From Eledone cirrhosa (Eukaryota), in contig OZ024740.1 of assembly GCA_964016885.1 (NCBI GenBank), forward strand, positions 30,504,001 through 30,568,000: DNA of 64,000 bases, given 5' to 3'. The notes beneath the pieces were generated by a model that did not search any database, was not told the DNA's origin, and was given only the letters and a program-made list of their open reading frames with translations. Position numbers and translations under genes: made by a program. Within the stretch, counting starts at the first letter, position 1. Each line of letters begins with the position of its first letter. Below, in pieces: positions 10,616 to 24,573 of the stretch.

Positions 10616-11078
10616 CAGTGCACCCCGGCATTCGCGGTCCCGGTTATTCACGGGTTTTTCCTTAGAATCTACCGTATTTCCCGGCGTCGAAGCCGTTACT
10701 TTTTTCCTAAAATAAATCTCAAAAATCTACCATGTGTTCTCGAGGACGAAGCTCCTTCGGTGTCGGGAAATGCGGTAACTAATAATTGTTCGTGGAAACC
10801 ACCGCATATTCGCGGAATCGTAAATATCTTCCGCGATTTTTTAATGGCTTATTTCGTGACAATATATATTTTTAACGCTAAATTATTAATAACAATATAC
10901 TGTATTTGCCGGCATATTGGATGCCCCTTCTCATAAGACACTCCTTCATTTTTAATATATTTTACGTTATATTTTCACGTTTATAGGCATTTTTATGGAC
11001 CACCTCCGATATTCGCGGTTTTTCATTGTTCGCGGGTGCTCTAGGAACGTAACCTCCGCAAATACCGGAGGACTACTG
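10616..11078. mobile_element. pogo/Tigger-like MITE with TA TSD
   Basis: TA|CAGTGCACCCCGGCATTCGCGG ... CCGCAAATACCGGAGGACTACTG|TA, imperfect TIRs. Confidence 0.8.
10672..10775. mobile_element. 104-bp Tc1/pogo-type MITE nested inside the previous MITE
   Basis: TA|CCGTATTTCCCGGCGTCGAAG ... CTTCGGTGTCGGGAAATGCGG|TA. Confidence 0.7.
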
Positions 11079-11709
11079 TATGTTCATGGGCAATAGTATT
11101 GTAGTAAATTGCTTACCTACATGTTCCTTTGGTGCCAGCTTTAACTATTTTATAGCCATAATTCTACCTCATCATCATCATTATCATCATTTTACATCCT
11201 ATCTCTCTGCCAGCAAGGGTTGGCTGTGTTTCAATAATAAATACCAGTTATATGAATGGAAGACATAAAAACAGCGTTCTGATTCAATATGAGAAAACTT
11301 GACATTTAGCAGATAATAATTTATTGAGGTAGAGGAATTATCTCCCCTGGACCATCATAGCCGTGACATATATAAATGATGGCATTGGAAAATTTCACAA
11401 TTTTTTATTTTCTCATTTCATCGTTTTGAATTTGAATTTGTGATTTTGAAATCTTGTAAGAGGAAATTTATGAGGGAACATTCAGAAAATATATATATAT
11501 ATATATATATATGAAAAACCACAGACCCTCCATCTCAACTCTACTTTTGAAAAGCAGAAGAACTGCGAAATCGGTAAAGGAACCAAATAAATATATATAT
11601 TTTTTTTTAAATAAGACTCCAGTTGCATTTTCGATTTCATCTTTTTTTCTTTATACTTTCACTCGTGTAGGACACCTCGGTTATTTTTCATTTTGTAAAA
11701 AAACCTCAC

Positions 11710-11747
<38 letters not shown>

Positions 11748-11908
11748 GTGTATATATATATTCTTTTTGAATTTGCCACAGACGTAGAGGCAGTGATTTT
11801 CTCAATGGCTTGGAATTCAGTCCACGCTTCGCTATTTCCTATCCACTGAATTATTTTTTAATAAGTTTCCAGTGTCCTCGCTTTGCCTGGAAACTTACAT
11901 GAGAATAG

Positions 11909-11991
11909 ACTTTCCTGACGACGGAATGCTTCTCTATATTATTCTTCGGAAAATATATTTACTCCATTCCAGAAACTAATTAGTTGGAAGT
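11909..11991 (+). ncRNA. Type-I hammerhead ribozyme, family B
   Basis: ACTTTC-CTGACGA-CGGAATG...CATTCCA-GAAA-CTAATTAG-TT-GGAAGT. Palindromic stem III, GUU triplet. Confidence 0.8.
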
Positions 11992-12039
11992 GATATTTTA
12001 GTAAGTAAGTTAATTTTATAATTTTCTTATTTTTCGTCT

Positions 12040-12321
<282 letters not shown>

Positions 12322-12382
12322 TATTATAATTTATAAAATTAACTTACTTACTAAAATATACTAATATCGTCAGGAAAGTCTA

Positions 12383-12462
12383 TTCCTGACGACGGAATGC
12401 TTCTCTGTATTATTCTTCGGAAAATATATTTACTCCATTCCAGAAACTAATTAGTTGGAAGT
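12383..12462 (+). ncRNA. Hammerhead family B, second copy (stem I disrupted by an inversion junction)
   Basis: Same core as 11909-11991. Preceded by the inverted piece TCGTCAGGAAAGTCTATTC (12367-12385). Confidence 0.7.
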
Positions 12463-12631
12463 GATATTTTAGTAAGTAAGTTAATTTTATAATTTTCTTA
12501 TTTTACGTCTCTTATATTATTGTTCTGCAACCCCATGCATTGAACCACACTGTTATTAAGACAAAACCTATATATTTGGTAGCATTGATATGCATCTGTA
12601 TGTATATATATGTTACTAGATATGAATTCTT

Positions 12632-12686
<55 letters not shown>

Positions 12687-13121
12687 CATACATATATATA
12701 TATGTGAACCTAATAAACCTTTATTTGTCTGCCTCTCTGTTTTGTTCCCGTCTAAATTTGCACTATATATATATATATATATATATGACTACCAATACTG
12801 GAATTGAATAATCAAGACCGTAGCGGTATGTCATATATCAAATCATATATTTTGATTATGAGAATATTTTTCATTTGTTAATATTTTGAATAATATATAT
12901 ATATATATATATATATAACAACTAGAAATTGATTAACATATAAATAAACATGAATAATCACAGGAGATAATTTTTACAAGTGCGCAACCACACATAGCTA
13001 GGTAGGTAACTAAATAAAGTTAACTAGAACTTCAAAAATAGATACCTTATAATATGATTAATCTTCCCTGTCACCCATAATTTTGATTTAGATTAAATTC
13101 ATTTTGATTTACCTTAATTTT

Positions 13122-13166
<45 letters not shown>

Positions 13167-13473
13167 CAAGAAAACGAAAAATCAATGATGCATCTGGACT
13201 TAGTTTATTTCGTGTTACAAATATTTCGCCGGCATGTAGCTCGAGTCATGGTCCTTGTATGGATCTGGCTGATTCTACTCCTGCGGGTTATTTCAGAAAC
13301 GTCTGTTATGCACGGAGAAAATTTTATCACCGGACATAACAGACGTTTCTGAAAGAACCATGACTGACCCCCACTGATCTTATAGACACCTGTTAGCTTA
13401 AGAGAAACTTAATAATAAGGAGTGGCGTGCCATCCTGAACCTGTTTATAGAATCCTTTCTGCCTTTGTTACTC

Positions 13474-13693
13474 TAAAAATAAAAATAAAAATAAAAATAA
13501 AAATAAAAATAAAAATAAAAATAAAAATAAAAATAAAAATAAAAATAAAAATAAAAATAAAAATAAAAATAAAAATAAAAATAAAAATAAAAATAAAAAT
13601 AAAAATAAAAATAAAAATAAAAATAAAAATAAAATAAATATAAAAATAAAAATAAAAATAAAAATAAAAATAAAAATAAAAATAAAAATAAAT
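13474..13693. repeat. (TAAAAA)n hexanucleotide microsatellite
   Basis: About 36 units, interrupting a family C pLTR fragment. Confidence 0.97.
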
Positions 13694-13793
13694 TATAGCT
13701 TTGTAGAATTAGATTTTAATGAATTCCCTTTTCTATCAACCAATGACCTACACCCATCCCACTCCCCACCCTCTCCTACCACTTGTAGAGACC

Positions 13794-13801
13794 TATAAAT
13801 A
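13794..13801 (+). promoter_or_regulatory. Candidate TATA box of the family C pLTR
   Basis: TATAAATA begins exactly 30 nt before hammerhead stem I here and at 21502 and 22768. Confidence 0.5.
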
Positions 13802-13823
13802 CCATATTTATTTTTTGATACCC

Positions 13824-13874
13824 AGATTCCTGATGATTGCTAAAGAATGAAACAGTTCTAGTCCTGTAGAATCT
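13824..13874 (+). ncRNA. Type-I hammerhead ribozyme, family C
   Basis: AGATTC-CTGATGA-TTGCTAAAGAAT-GAAA-CAG-TTCTAGTC-CTG-TA-GAATCT. Perfect stem I, GUA triplet. Confidence 0.85.
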
Positions 13875-13959
13875 CATCTATATTAAAACTTTTATTCTCT
13901 GCAATGTATTGAGTACCTTACTTACTGTGGTTACCTCCGATTCAACCCGGAATAACGTA

Positions 13960-14004
<45 letters not shown>

Positions 14005-14140
14005 TTATTAAAATAACAGATTAAAGTTTAAGCAAAGAATTACTTACTTATTTGCATAGCGAACGTTTCAACGAACCAAAGTATCATCTTCCTGTCTTCC
14101 TCCGGTTGCAACGTTTTTTGAAATATCCACTTCTGCGTTT

Positions 14141-14216
14141 ACAGAGTGACTTTGTTAGTTTCAGAAGATCCCGTTAAGGGTGAAAGCAGCGATTCTTTGC
14201 TTAAACTTTAATCGGT
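14141..14216 (+). ncRNA. Hammerhead-fold motif, family E (CAGAAGA)
   Basis: Copy of 3359-3434. Confidence 0.65.
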
Positions 14217-14304
14217 TATTTTAATAAATATTTGCTCTACGGTTCTTATATATTTGATATATATTTATCCTTATCGAGCCCTCTTTGGATTTTAGTCTTC
14301 AAAT

Positions 14305-14385
<81 letters not shown>

Positions 14386-14459
14386 ATAATAAATTTATAT
14401 ATATATATATATATATACGATATTAAACAAATGGGAACTATATTTATAAAACCATATTT

Positions 14460-14523
14460 ATTTCACTATACATATTTCAGGGATACCATATTAAAAATAT
14501 GGCATGCCTTCGTCAGATAAAAT
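14460..14523 (-). ncRNA. Minimal hammerhead, family A
   Basis: Minus strand: ATTTTAT-CTGACGA-AGGCATGCCATAT...ATATGGTATCCCT-GAAA-TATGTA-TA-GTGAAAT. Confidence 0.78.
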
Positions 14524-14598
14524 ACAATATATAACCAGTTTTATAAATAATTTTGACGTACCATAAATATAGCGACCATTAATGTAGGAGGCTGGCTT

Positions 14599-14711
<113 letters not shown>

Positions 14712-14793
14712 TTATATATATATTTATATATATATATATATTTATATTATATATATATATATTTATATATATATATATATATTTATTAAAATA

Positions 14794-14869
14794 ACAGATT
14801 AAAGTTTAAGCAAAGAATCGCTGCTTTCACCCTTAACAGGATCTTCTGAAACTAACAAAGTCAATCTGT
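14794..14869 (-). ncRNA. Hammerhead-fold motif, family E, in the sense pLTR of the PLE
   Basis: Reverse complement of the 3359-3434 motif; one stem II C-G pair changed to U-G. Confidence 0.68.
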
Positions 14870-14981
14870 AAACGCAGAAGTGGATATTTCAAAAAACGTT
14901 GCAACCGGAGGAAGACAAGAAGACGATACTTCGGTTCGTGAAAACGTTCCCTGGCAAAGAACGGGAAAAAACGAATATAAT

Positions 14982-15070
14982 TGTTTCTACTTTTGGCACA
15001 AGGCCAGCAATTACCCAATGCATTACTGGTACTTTATTCTATCGACCCCGGAAGGATGAAAGGCAAAGTT
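14982..15070 (-). mobile_element. 5'-truncated SINE inserted in the PLE pLTR with a 16-bp TSD
   Basis: AAAAAACGAATATAAT at 14966-14981 and 15071-15086; the insert matches the 3' half of the SINE. Confidence 0.88.
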
Positions 15071-15722
15071 AAAAAACGAATATAATACGTCATTAATAGG
15101 AGCGGTGAAAAACAATTACGCGCAAAGACAGAACCACGTTTATGGTATAAAAGAGGTCGTAGACTAATGTTCTCTTAGGTGGTTCATAGAGACGTTCTCT
15201 GGCAATGAACGAAAAAAACGAAGATAATACGTCATATGTGGATCGTGGAGAACAATTGCACGCAAAGACAAAACCGCGTAAATGGTATAGCAGAAGTCGT
15301 AGACTAAAATTCTAACTAGGAGACCGAATGAATCTCCGCTTCAGAGTTAAGAATAAAGTAAATAAATACAATACAGAGGTAATAGAAATTAAATAAATAC
15401 ATACACGCATACAAATACGTACATACACAAGCATACGCGAAAACACTTACCATAGGTATACAAAACCATGCACATATTTATATGTGTGTGTGCGTGTATA
15501 CAAATAAATAAATAATTAAATAAACGTATATAAATAAATACGTATATAACAAGCGCACACACATACTTACATGTAAATACACAAATGTTCGGAGACGTAA
15601 GTCAACAAAAACATGAAGTACACATATACATACACCCTACATACCTACGAACCTGCATACTCACACAGACGCAAAATTCCCGTCTACACATAACCAAACC
15701 ATATGTATCAGAATATATAAAA

Positions 15723-16402
15723 TTATACGCTACATGGTCTTTTATTTCCGTTATACGATCTAGTCCTAGCTAGGATCTCCCAGTCTAACTTATATTGGGT
15801 GTGGTTGTCTTTTAGACTCCAGATATAAGCTGAAAGTGACGTCATATTCCTTCTTAGAGGGTAACGAAAAGAATGGGTATGCATGTAAAGACGCTGCTTG
15901 AATCTATTGACGGTTAACCCTGTGTAGGCCCTACGGGACGTGGGTGTTTCAACCTTACATTTGTAGACAATGTTACTAGAGAGGCATTTCCCGGATAGGG
16001 GGCAATCAACCCGATTTCTACAATTACAGTTAGTATTAACTACAGGGTTGCACGTGTTCCTACGGCTAGGTAGTTTAGCTAAATTTGAAGCTGTGATGTT
16101 ATGTGCAAGGTTAGGAGTCGTAGAGTAAGAATTTTAATAGTATTTCTATTAAAAATGTTACTATATTTATGTGTAGGGGGAAAATGCTTCGTAATAAGGG
16201 AAAGAAAGATCTTAGCTAATGGTGTGGCCACCTCCATATTATATGGTGGGTTATACCAACAAATGCGACGGGATCTATTTCTTCTAGGTCTATTTTCGTA
16301 CTCTGTATATGCTAACTTATCGACAAATCCACTCCGAGCAAGAGCTTCATTGTAATAAGTGGAATGGTCGTTGAAAATATGCTCGTTAGTAGATAGACGT
16401 GG
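15723..16402 (-). pseudogene. PLE RT C-terminus, Cys linker and GIY-YIG endonuclease (1-bp frameshift near 16130)
   Basis: RLSTNEHIFN...YNEALARSGF...ICWYNPPYN...FLSLITKHFPPTHKYSNIFNRNTIK, then after the frameshift SYSTTPNL...CNCRNRVDCPLSGKCLSSNIVYKCKV...AYTGLTVNRFKQRLYMH..SF...TSLSAYIWSLKD...WEIL. Confidence 0.9.
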
Positions 16403-16560
16403 TTCTGTCTTTGCGTGTAATTGTTTTTCACCGCTTCTATTATGACGTATTATATTCGTTTTTTCCCGTTTTTTGCCAGGGAACGTTTCCAAGAACCAAA
16501 GTATCGTCTTCCTGTCTTCCTCCGGTTGCAACGTTTTTTGAAATATCCACTTCTGCGTTT

Positions 16561-16636
16561 ACAGATTGACTTTGTTAGTTTCAGAAGATCCCGTTAAGGG
16601 TGAAAGCAGCGATTCTTTGCTTAAACTTTAATCTGT
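16561..16636 (+). ncRNA. Hammerhead-fold motif, family E, in the inverted pLTR
   Basis: Identical core to 3359-3434. Confidence 0.7.
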
Positions 16637-16734
16637 TATTTTAATAAATATTTGCTCTACGGTTCTTATATATTTGATATATATTTATCCTTATCGAGCC
16701 ATCTTTGGATTTTAGTCTTCAAATTTATTATTAT

Positions 16735-16815
<81 letters not shown>

Positions 16816-16850
16816 AACAAATGAAAAATATTCGCATAATCAAAATATAT

Positions 16851-16916
16851 ACTTTATTATATATATTTCAAAGGTACTGTGCTGTTTTTTTTCTGTACGT
16901 CCTCATCAGACAAAAT
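16851..16916 (-). ncRNA. Minimal hammerhead, family A
   Basis: Minus strand: ATTTTGT-CTGATGA-GGACGTAC...GTACCTTT-GAAA-TATATA-TA-ATAAAGT. Confidence 0.8.
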
Positions 16917-17029
16917 ATATGATTTGATATATGACATACCGCTACGGTCTTGATTATTCAATTCCCGTACTGCCAATACGAGAATTGAATTATCAAGACC
17001 GTAGCGGTATGTCATATATCAAATCATAT

Positions 17030-17095
17030 ATTTTGTTTGATGAGGACGTACAGAAAAAAAACAGCACAGTACCTTTGAAATATATATAATAAAGT
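17030..17095 (+). ncRNA. Minimal hammerhead, family A, with a C3U core mutation
   Basis: As 16851-16916 but with TTGATGA. Confidence 0.6.
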
Positions 17096-17349
17096 ATATA
17101 TTTTGATTATGCGAATATTTTTCATTTGTTAACATTTTGAATAATATTAAAAACTCCAGGAAAACTCGCTGTTGAGTGCTTCTAATCTATTGTAAAACTG
17201 TATTCGTTGAGTGATCAACGAACTATATTAATCTTTGGTCATGGTCATATATATATACGTGAGTCCCGGGTTCAATCTGGGGTAACCATAGTTAGTAATG
17301 TACTCAATACGTTAGTAGAGTATTAACATCATGCTTAATATATATAAAT

Positions 17350-17399
17350 GGCTTCTACAGGACTAGAACTGTTTCATTCAAAAGAAATCATCAGGATTA
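17350..17399 (-). ncRNA. Hammerhead family C (stem I poorly paired, abuts the ATG repeat)
   Basis: Minus strand: CTGATGA-TTTCTTTTGAAT-GAAA-CAGTTCTAGTCCTG-TA. Confidence 0.65.
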
Positions 17400-17813
17400 G
17401 ATGATAATGGTGATGATGATGATGATGATTATGATGTTGATGATAGTGATGGTGATCATGATGGAGATAATGATGGTGGAGATGATGCTGATGGTGATGG
17501 TGATGATGGTGTTGGTGGTGATGATGATGATGAGGGTGGTAATGATGATGATGATGATGATAATGATGATGATGATGGTGATGGTGATGATGATGGTGAT
17601 GGTGATGGTGTTGACGATGGTGATGGTGATGGTGATGATGCTGATGATGATGATGGTGGTGGTGACGATGGTGGTGATGATGATGATGATAGTGATGATG
17701 ATGATGTTGATGATGATGTTGATGTTGATGATGATGATGATGGTAATGATGGTGATGGTGATGTTGATGGTGATCATGATGGTGGAGATGATGATGGTGA
17801 TGATGATGGTTGT
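17400..17813. repeat. Degenerate (ATG/GTG)n trinucleotide microsatellite
   Basis: Directly visible; explains the poly-His and poly-Met ORFs. Confidence 0.95.
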
Positions 17814-17989
17814 TATACTCTATAGAAGACCAATGATAGACCATTATCGATCTGCTCTTGCAGTACTATCAGAGCTATAAATTACAGCGCAACGTTGGCC
17901 ATCTCCGATCACATTCCAGGTTCACTGATCACTGACACATGACTTCACTCTGTCTATATATGGACATCTCTGTGTGTATATCTAGCTAT

Positions 17990-18559
<570 letters not shown>

Positions 18560-18727
18560 AGTATATTTACCAACATATGCGTACAGATGTACACTAATGC
18601 TAGCAAATACATAAGTTATGTCATAGTACCTAGGTGGTTCTATGCAGGGGATGCAGAACAATTATATGAAAGACGTAAAATAAGAAAATTTAAAAAATTA
18701 AAAATTAACTTACTTACTAAAATTTTC

Positions 18728-18809
18728 ACTCCAACTAATTAGTTTCTGTAATGGGATAAAGATAGTTACGCAATGTAACCATCGAGAATTCATTACGTCA
18801 TCAGGGAGT
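18728..18809 (-). ncRNA. Type-I hammerhead, family B
   Basis: Minus strand: ACTCC-CTGATGA-CGTAATG...CATTACA-GAAA-CTAATTAG-TT-GGAGT. Compensatory changes relative to the 11909 copy. Confidence 0.85.
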
Positions 18810-19265
18810 CTATTCTCAGCTAAGTCACCAGGCAATGCGCGGACACTAGGGACTCATATAAAAATAATAATTCGGTGGATGGAACAGCTAGCGGGGACTG
18901 AATTCCACAGCACTGAAAAAGTTCACTGTCTCTGGTCAAGTGGCAGATTCTAAAGAATCAATCACGTGACACTGAGGCTAGTCAGTAGGAGTGGGATGGT
19001 ATTATGACAAGAGCCTACTACCACTACAATGAATTAGCAGTGGATTTGCCAAGTTTGCTCAACAAATAAATAATTTGGAGATAAATATAGAGAATTAGTA
19101 TATTTACCAACATATGCGTACAGATGTACACTAATGCTAGCAAATACATAAGTTATGTCATAGTACCTAGGTGGTTCTATGCAGGGGATGCAGAACAATT
19201 ATATGAAAGACGTAAAATAAGAAAATTTAAAAAATTAAAAATTAACTTACTTACTAAAATTTTCA

Positions 19266-19345
19266 CTCCAACTAATTAGTTTCTGTAATGGGATAAAGAT
19301 AGTTACGCAATGTAATCATCGAGAATTCATTACGTCATCAGGGAG
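19266..19345 (-). ncRNA. Type-I hammerhead, family B (tandem partner)
   Basis: Copy of 18728-18809, 537 bp away. Confidence 0.82.
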
Positions 19346-19346
19346 A

Positions 19347-19728
<382 letters not shown>

Positions 19729-20364
19729 TATATACATAAATTACATAAATGTGTGTGTGTGTGCGTTTATATTCATATAATGTATATGTGATGGAAAATG
19801 CGTAAGGAAGAGAGTGAGTAGACGAGAGGAGGTAGGGAGTGAAAGAAAGAGGAACAGCCCCACCAAGCGAGGGGGGGAGGAGACTAATAAATAAAAATAT
19901 ATAGAAAGAAGAACCGAAATTTATAATAGAAGATTATAGAAGCGAATCTCTAGTAGACGGGGGAGGGGTGGGAGAGACTGTGAGTAAGAGGAGTGATAGA
20001 GTAAGAGGAATAAGGTGAGAAGTAGAGAGGCAAGGTGATATGAGGAAGTGGCTAAATAAAGAGATGTTTGACAGAACATCTCAACCTTAATACATAAATA
20101 TTCGATTGGGATGGCCAACAGATCAGAGTCCCGTCGGGATATATTTAGTACCTTTTCTCACTGTTGCCTAACATAGAAACAATTATTACACAATACAATA
20201 CATTCTTACTTTATATTACCTTGCAAAAATCCTTCGTAAACATAAACATTTTTTGACGTTAGATTATTCATCCTCAATTCATTATTTTTTTCTCCCTTTC
20301 ATCTAACTTACTCATGCTCAGCTCACAATATATCCTTACTTACATTACTTGTTGTTCTTTTTAA

Positions 20365-20535
20365 TAATACATATCAACATTTTCTTTCCATCGCACATAT
20401 TAAACCCTTAAATATTATTCTTAATACATATTAACATTTTCTTTCCATCGCACATATTATTAAACCCTTAAATATTATTCTTAATACATATTAACATTTT
20501 CTTTCCATCGCACATATTATTAAACCCTTCAATAT
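20365..20535. repeat. About 60-bp minisatellite, about 2.8 copies
   Basis: TAATACATATTAACATTTTCTTTCCATCGCACATATTATTAAACCCTTAAATATTATTCT repeated. Confidence 0.9.
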
Positions 20536-20885
20536 ACAAACCTTAACTTTACATTATTTTTCTCTTCGTTAATTTTCAAATTCTTTTAATTTATACATTA
20601 TCTTCCAACGGTTTTTCAACCTCTCTATGTAAAACAATATATTTCTCTCAGTTATAAAAGCTATATCTCTCTCTCTTTATCACCCATCTCTCCTCCTATC
20701 TCATCCTTCCTCATTATACTCCTCCCTCTCCACTTTTTACTCTCATCTCCTCCTCTTTTTCACCCCCCCCCCCCCCTAAAAAAATGTTTTCCCAATATCA
20801 CACATCAATCTAAAACTACTTTTCATATGTTGATTTAAAACTGCACTATCCACAAGTGTTTTTTAACCTTCATATCATGTCTTCC

Positions 20886-20956
20886 TATTTTATCTGATGA
20901 AAACACGAATATTATTGCATGATGATATTTGTTTTTGAAATGCGCATAATAAAATA
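20886..20956 (+). ncRNA. Minimal hammerhead, family A variant with a GCGC palindromic loop
   Basis: TATTTTAT-CTGATGA-AAACAC...GTTTTT-GAAA-TGCGCA-TA-ATAAAATA. Confidence 0.82.
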
Positions 20957-21079
20957 CATGGAACTCTTTTAACCATCTTTTGTTCTTATATATTATGTAT
21001 ACTCCAGTCCTACAAACTGTAGAGTGCTTCTTATCCGATATCTGCATTGCTTTATTGTACTACAATAAAACTCACCTCC

Positions 21080-21128
<49 letters not shown>

Positions 21129-21531
21129 GTGGGTGTATGTGGGTGCGCGCGAGTTTGTGAGTGAGTGTGTTTGTCAATGTGTCTGTTGATTTTTGGAATA
21201 TAGTTGAATAGTTTAAGAGAAATTTGAAGATAATGGTATGATATGCACTCAATATTTTGAATTGGTCTATAGAATTCTCTAGGCCTTTGTCACTTAGTAG
21301 AACCTTAAAGAATTTAGCTTTTAAAGAATTTCCCTTTTCTTTAAATCCATCAACCATGACTGACCCCCAATGATCTTATAGACACCTGATATCTAGACAT
21401 TGTTAGCTTAAGAGAAACTTAAAAATAAGGAGTGGCACCCCATCCCGAACTTGTTTATAGAATTATTTCTGCCCTACCCTCTCCTACCACCTGAAGAGAC
21501 CTATAAATACCACTTTTATTTTTTGATACCC

Positions 21532-21699
<168 letters not shown>

Positions 21700-21780
21700 A
21701 TATTATATTTAGAGTTTTAAACTCAAAAAGTCATTTACAATTAATTAGCTCAAAGAAAGAAGCATTTCTGAGCCGTGAAA

Positions 21781-22379
21781 TACAAGTTAATATAAATTAA
21801 TATATGATAAACACATAAGTGTTTGTATTGCAAAAGACGAAGTTAGCTAGAATGAAATAAACTAATTAAAATAAATATAGTTTGTCTGCCTCGATATAAA
21901 TCAATAAAAACAAACCCATATTGGCAAAATATTACGGCTCCTTGCTTGTTGAGCTAATTTTTAATCCCATATAAACGGCTGTTATTTCTAGCACTGTGAG
22001 TATGAGATAGCTAGTGAGCTGTGTACCTCGTGCGTTTGTACTTGTGAACCAGTCCTACAAATTTTTTGGAGGTGAAATGTCCTAATTTTTCTGGATTCCT
22101 GTTGATAAGCACAGAAGATTTGAATATTTCACTTTTTACACCATCGTTGCGAAACATATTTAGGTTTTGAAGTTCAAATTCATCTACGGAGCAGGTTTGG
22201 ATTTTGAAATTTAAATTTGTCCAGGAATCACGGCTTTTGCCAATATGGGTTTGTTTTTATTGATTTATATCGAGACAGACAAACTATATTTATTTTAATT
22301 AGTTTATTTCATTCTAGCTAACTTCGTCTTTTGCAATACAAACACTTATGTGTTTATCATATATTAATTTATATTAACT

Positions 22380-22383
<4 letters not shown>
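21781..22383. repeat. About 149-bp inverted repeat flanked by (TA)n (probable PLE inverted pLTR)
   Basis: 21781-21929 is the reverse complement of 22235-22383. Confidence 0.75.
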
Positions 22384-22444
<61 letters not shown>

Positions 22445-22797
22445 ATATATGTGTGTATGTGTGTGTGTATATGTGTGTGTGTATATATATATATAAACAT
22501 GTGTGTATGTTGCGCGCGTGGGCGAGTGTGTGGTGGAGTGTGACCTTGTACTAACCTACCACTTCCACAGATGTTCGATCAACCACTTAATAACCTTTGT
22601 TCAAAATTGTACTATAGAATAAGGTAGTGTTTATTTCAATTGAAACTTGCCACTAAACTTCTTTCTCTAAATAAATTTTGTTTTTTCTAAGAATCCCCAT
22701 CCTTTAATCCCACCATAACGTCTAACCCCCCTCCCAACCACTACCCTTCCCTTACCATGGCAAAATGTATAAATACCAGAAAATTACATTGACAGTC

Positions 22798-22848
22798 GGC
22801 TTTCTGATGATTTCTTCCGAATGAAACAGTTCTAGTCCTGTAGAAACC
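22798..22848 (+). ncRNA. Type-I hammerhead, family C (diverged copy)
   Basis: GGCTTT-CTGATGA-TTTCTTCCGAAT-GAAA-CAGTTCTAGTCCTG-TA-GAAACC. Confidence 0.8.
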
Positions 22849-23968
22849 ATTTCTATATTAAATTACTTTTACTCTGCTATGTATTGAGTACCTTTCTTAC
22901 TGTGGTTATCCCCGATTTAACCCGGGATCTATATATAAAACGAAGGAATTGTGGTAAGGAACCAGATGGACCATAATGCACCAGAGTACTCAATACTTAG
23001 GGTAGTAGAGTGGGTAATAGGAAAAAGTATGATCCCGACGGCAGATTTAAAAATCTGAAAATATGTGTTGAAATACATATTGTTATACTTTGGGAGGGTC
23101 ATGCTGCCAATAAAAAACACATGCACCTGCTGGGTTTCACTTCAATTTATCATTATAATTTCCAAGTTGGTTAGTTTAATAACTGGCTGGTTGTTTAGTT
23201 TCTGATAGTTTAAACTCTTTTGTCACACATTCTGTCAGACCACGACAACCTGCCCTACATGATGATGATGATGACTCTTGGTTTAGTATTGATTTGAATT
23301 GAAGTTTTGAAAGTTTATTAAATATATAGGATAGTGATTGTTCTGTTGTATTTTTGGAGATCCCCCCCCCCCCCACACACACACAAACAATTATGTATGA
23401 TATATAATAATAATCCGGTGGTGAAAACAGAAGTTGCCACTGTTGATAAGAAAGTAATACAGTAAAGAGGAATACACACAGTAAAGAGAAATACACACAC
23501 ACACATATATATGTGCGTGCGTGGGTGTGTGTGGGTGTGTGCGTGTGTATGTGTTCAGATTATAAAGCATATAAAACCACCAGGGTGACAAAGACTACAT
23601 ATATAACGGTTTATGCAAATTAATTAAAAGAATAAATCAAAGTATACAAACCGTTCAAATAACTATGATTTATTCTTTTAATTCTCTCTTTACTGTGTTA
23701 TAAAGAGCTCGGAATTTCTTCCTTGAGCTTATTTGATTATAAGGAAATATTGTAAGTTTTTAACCCAACATTTTAATTAATTATATATATCTCCACATGA
23801 TGCCTTTGACACTAAAAACAATTATGTACCCTAAATGTTTTGAATGACTAAGATTTTAGCCACATGTTTCGACATTCCCTATGCTCCGATGATTCCAAAC
23901 TTCCCTCTGGAAGAAACCATTGTCAGCAAATAAATGTTCTAAACTAAAATTTGATCGTTTTAACACTT

Positions 23969-24020
<52 letters not shown>

Positions 24021-24025
<5 letters not shown>

Positions 24026-24573
24026 TAAATCATGTCTATTGAATCATCAGATATTAAAATATATACTATTTCTTCTTCTAATCTTGCCGTAAGCAACCAA
24101 TCACACGCTTTCTCTCTGGCTGGTACACAGCTACATAGTGATTTTAGCCATTTTTGAATCTAAATTTGGCGCGATCGGTTAGAAAAACTAAATGTCTGAT
24201 TTTGAGTTTATCTCCTGATGATCCTAACTCTGGATAATTCATATTATTTGGATGTCCTAAATAAGGAAGAAACCATGGTAGATATATAATTACGGTATGT
24301 GCGCATTTCTTCTAAGTTTAATTCTACTACTAATTGTGTGTGGTTGATGGTATATTTGGTCGGATTCTGCATGCTGCCGAAATGTTGGATAAATAATGGA
24401 ACGGGGCTGCCGCGAAGAGGCTACGATCAATTGTTTGTCAGAGATTTCCCCATAAGAAAATTTATTCTTAAAGCTTGCTAGATTTGATTTTGTATATGGT
24501 TAATTATGCTAATTAGAAGAAGAAATAGTATATATTTTAATATCTGATGATTCAATAGACATGATTTATGATA
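24021..24573. repeat. About 60-bp inverted repeat bounding a (TA)n-anchored element
   Basis: 24021-24082 is the reverse complement of about 24512-24573; related to 2948-3030. Confidence 0.65.

Larger units (their letters stand above)
14783..16737 (-). mobile_element. 5'-truncated Penelope-like retrotransposon with inverted 5' pLTR, inserted in (TA)n
   Basis: Order on the minus strand: (TA)n, inverted pLTR 16402-16737, RT thumb and GIY-YIG remnant, 3' region, pLTR 14783-15300, (TA)n. Confidence 0.88.
16811..17250. mobile_element. Family A pLTR with an about 155-bp 5' inverted copy (palindrome)
   Basis: 16811-16965 is the reverse complement of 16982-17135; short central loop; flanked by (TA)n. 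Confidence 0.8.

Noticed and set aside
13291-13352. 19-bp hairpin as a terminator or pre-miRNA
   Set aside because: It lies at the junction with a family C pLTR fragment and is more simply explained as an insertion-associated inversion; no independent support.
17374-17880. Histidine-rich and Met/Val-rich ORFs
   Set aside because: Translations of an (ATG/GTG)n microsatellite, open in several frames on both strands.
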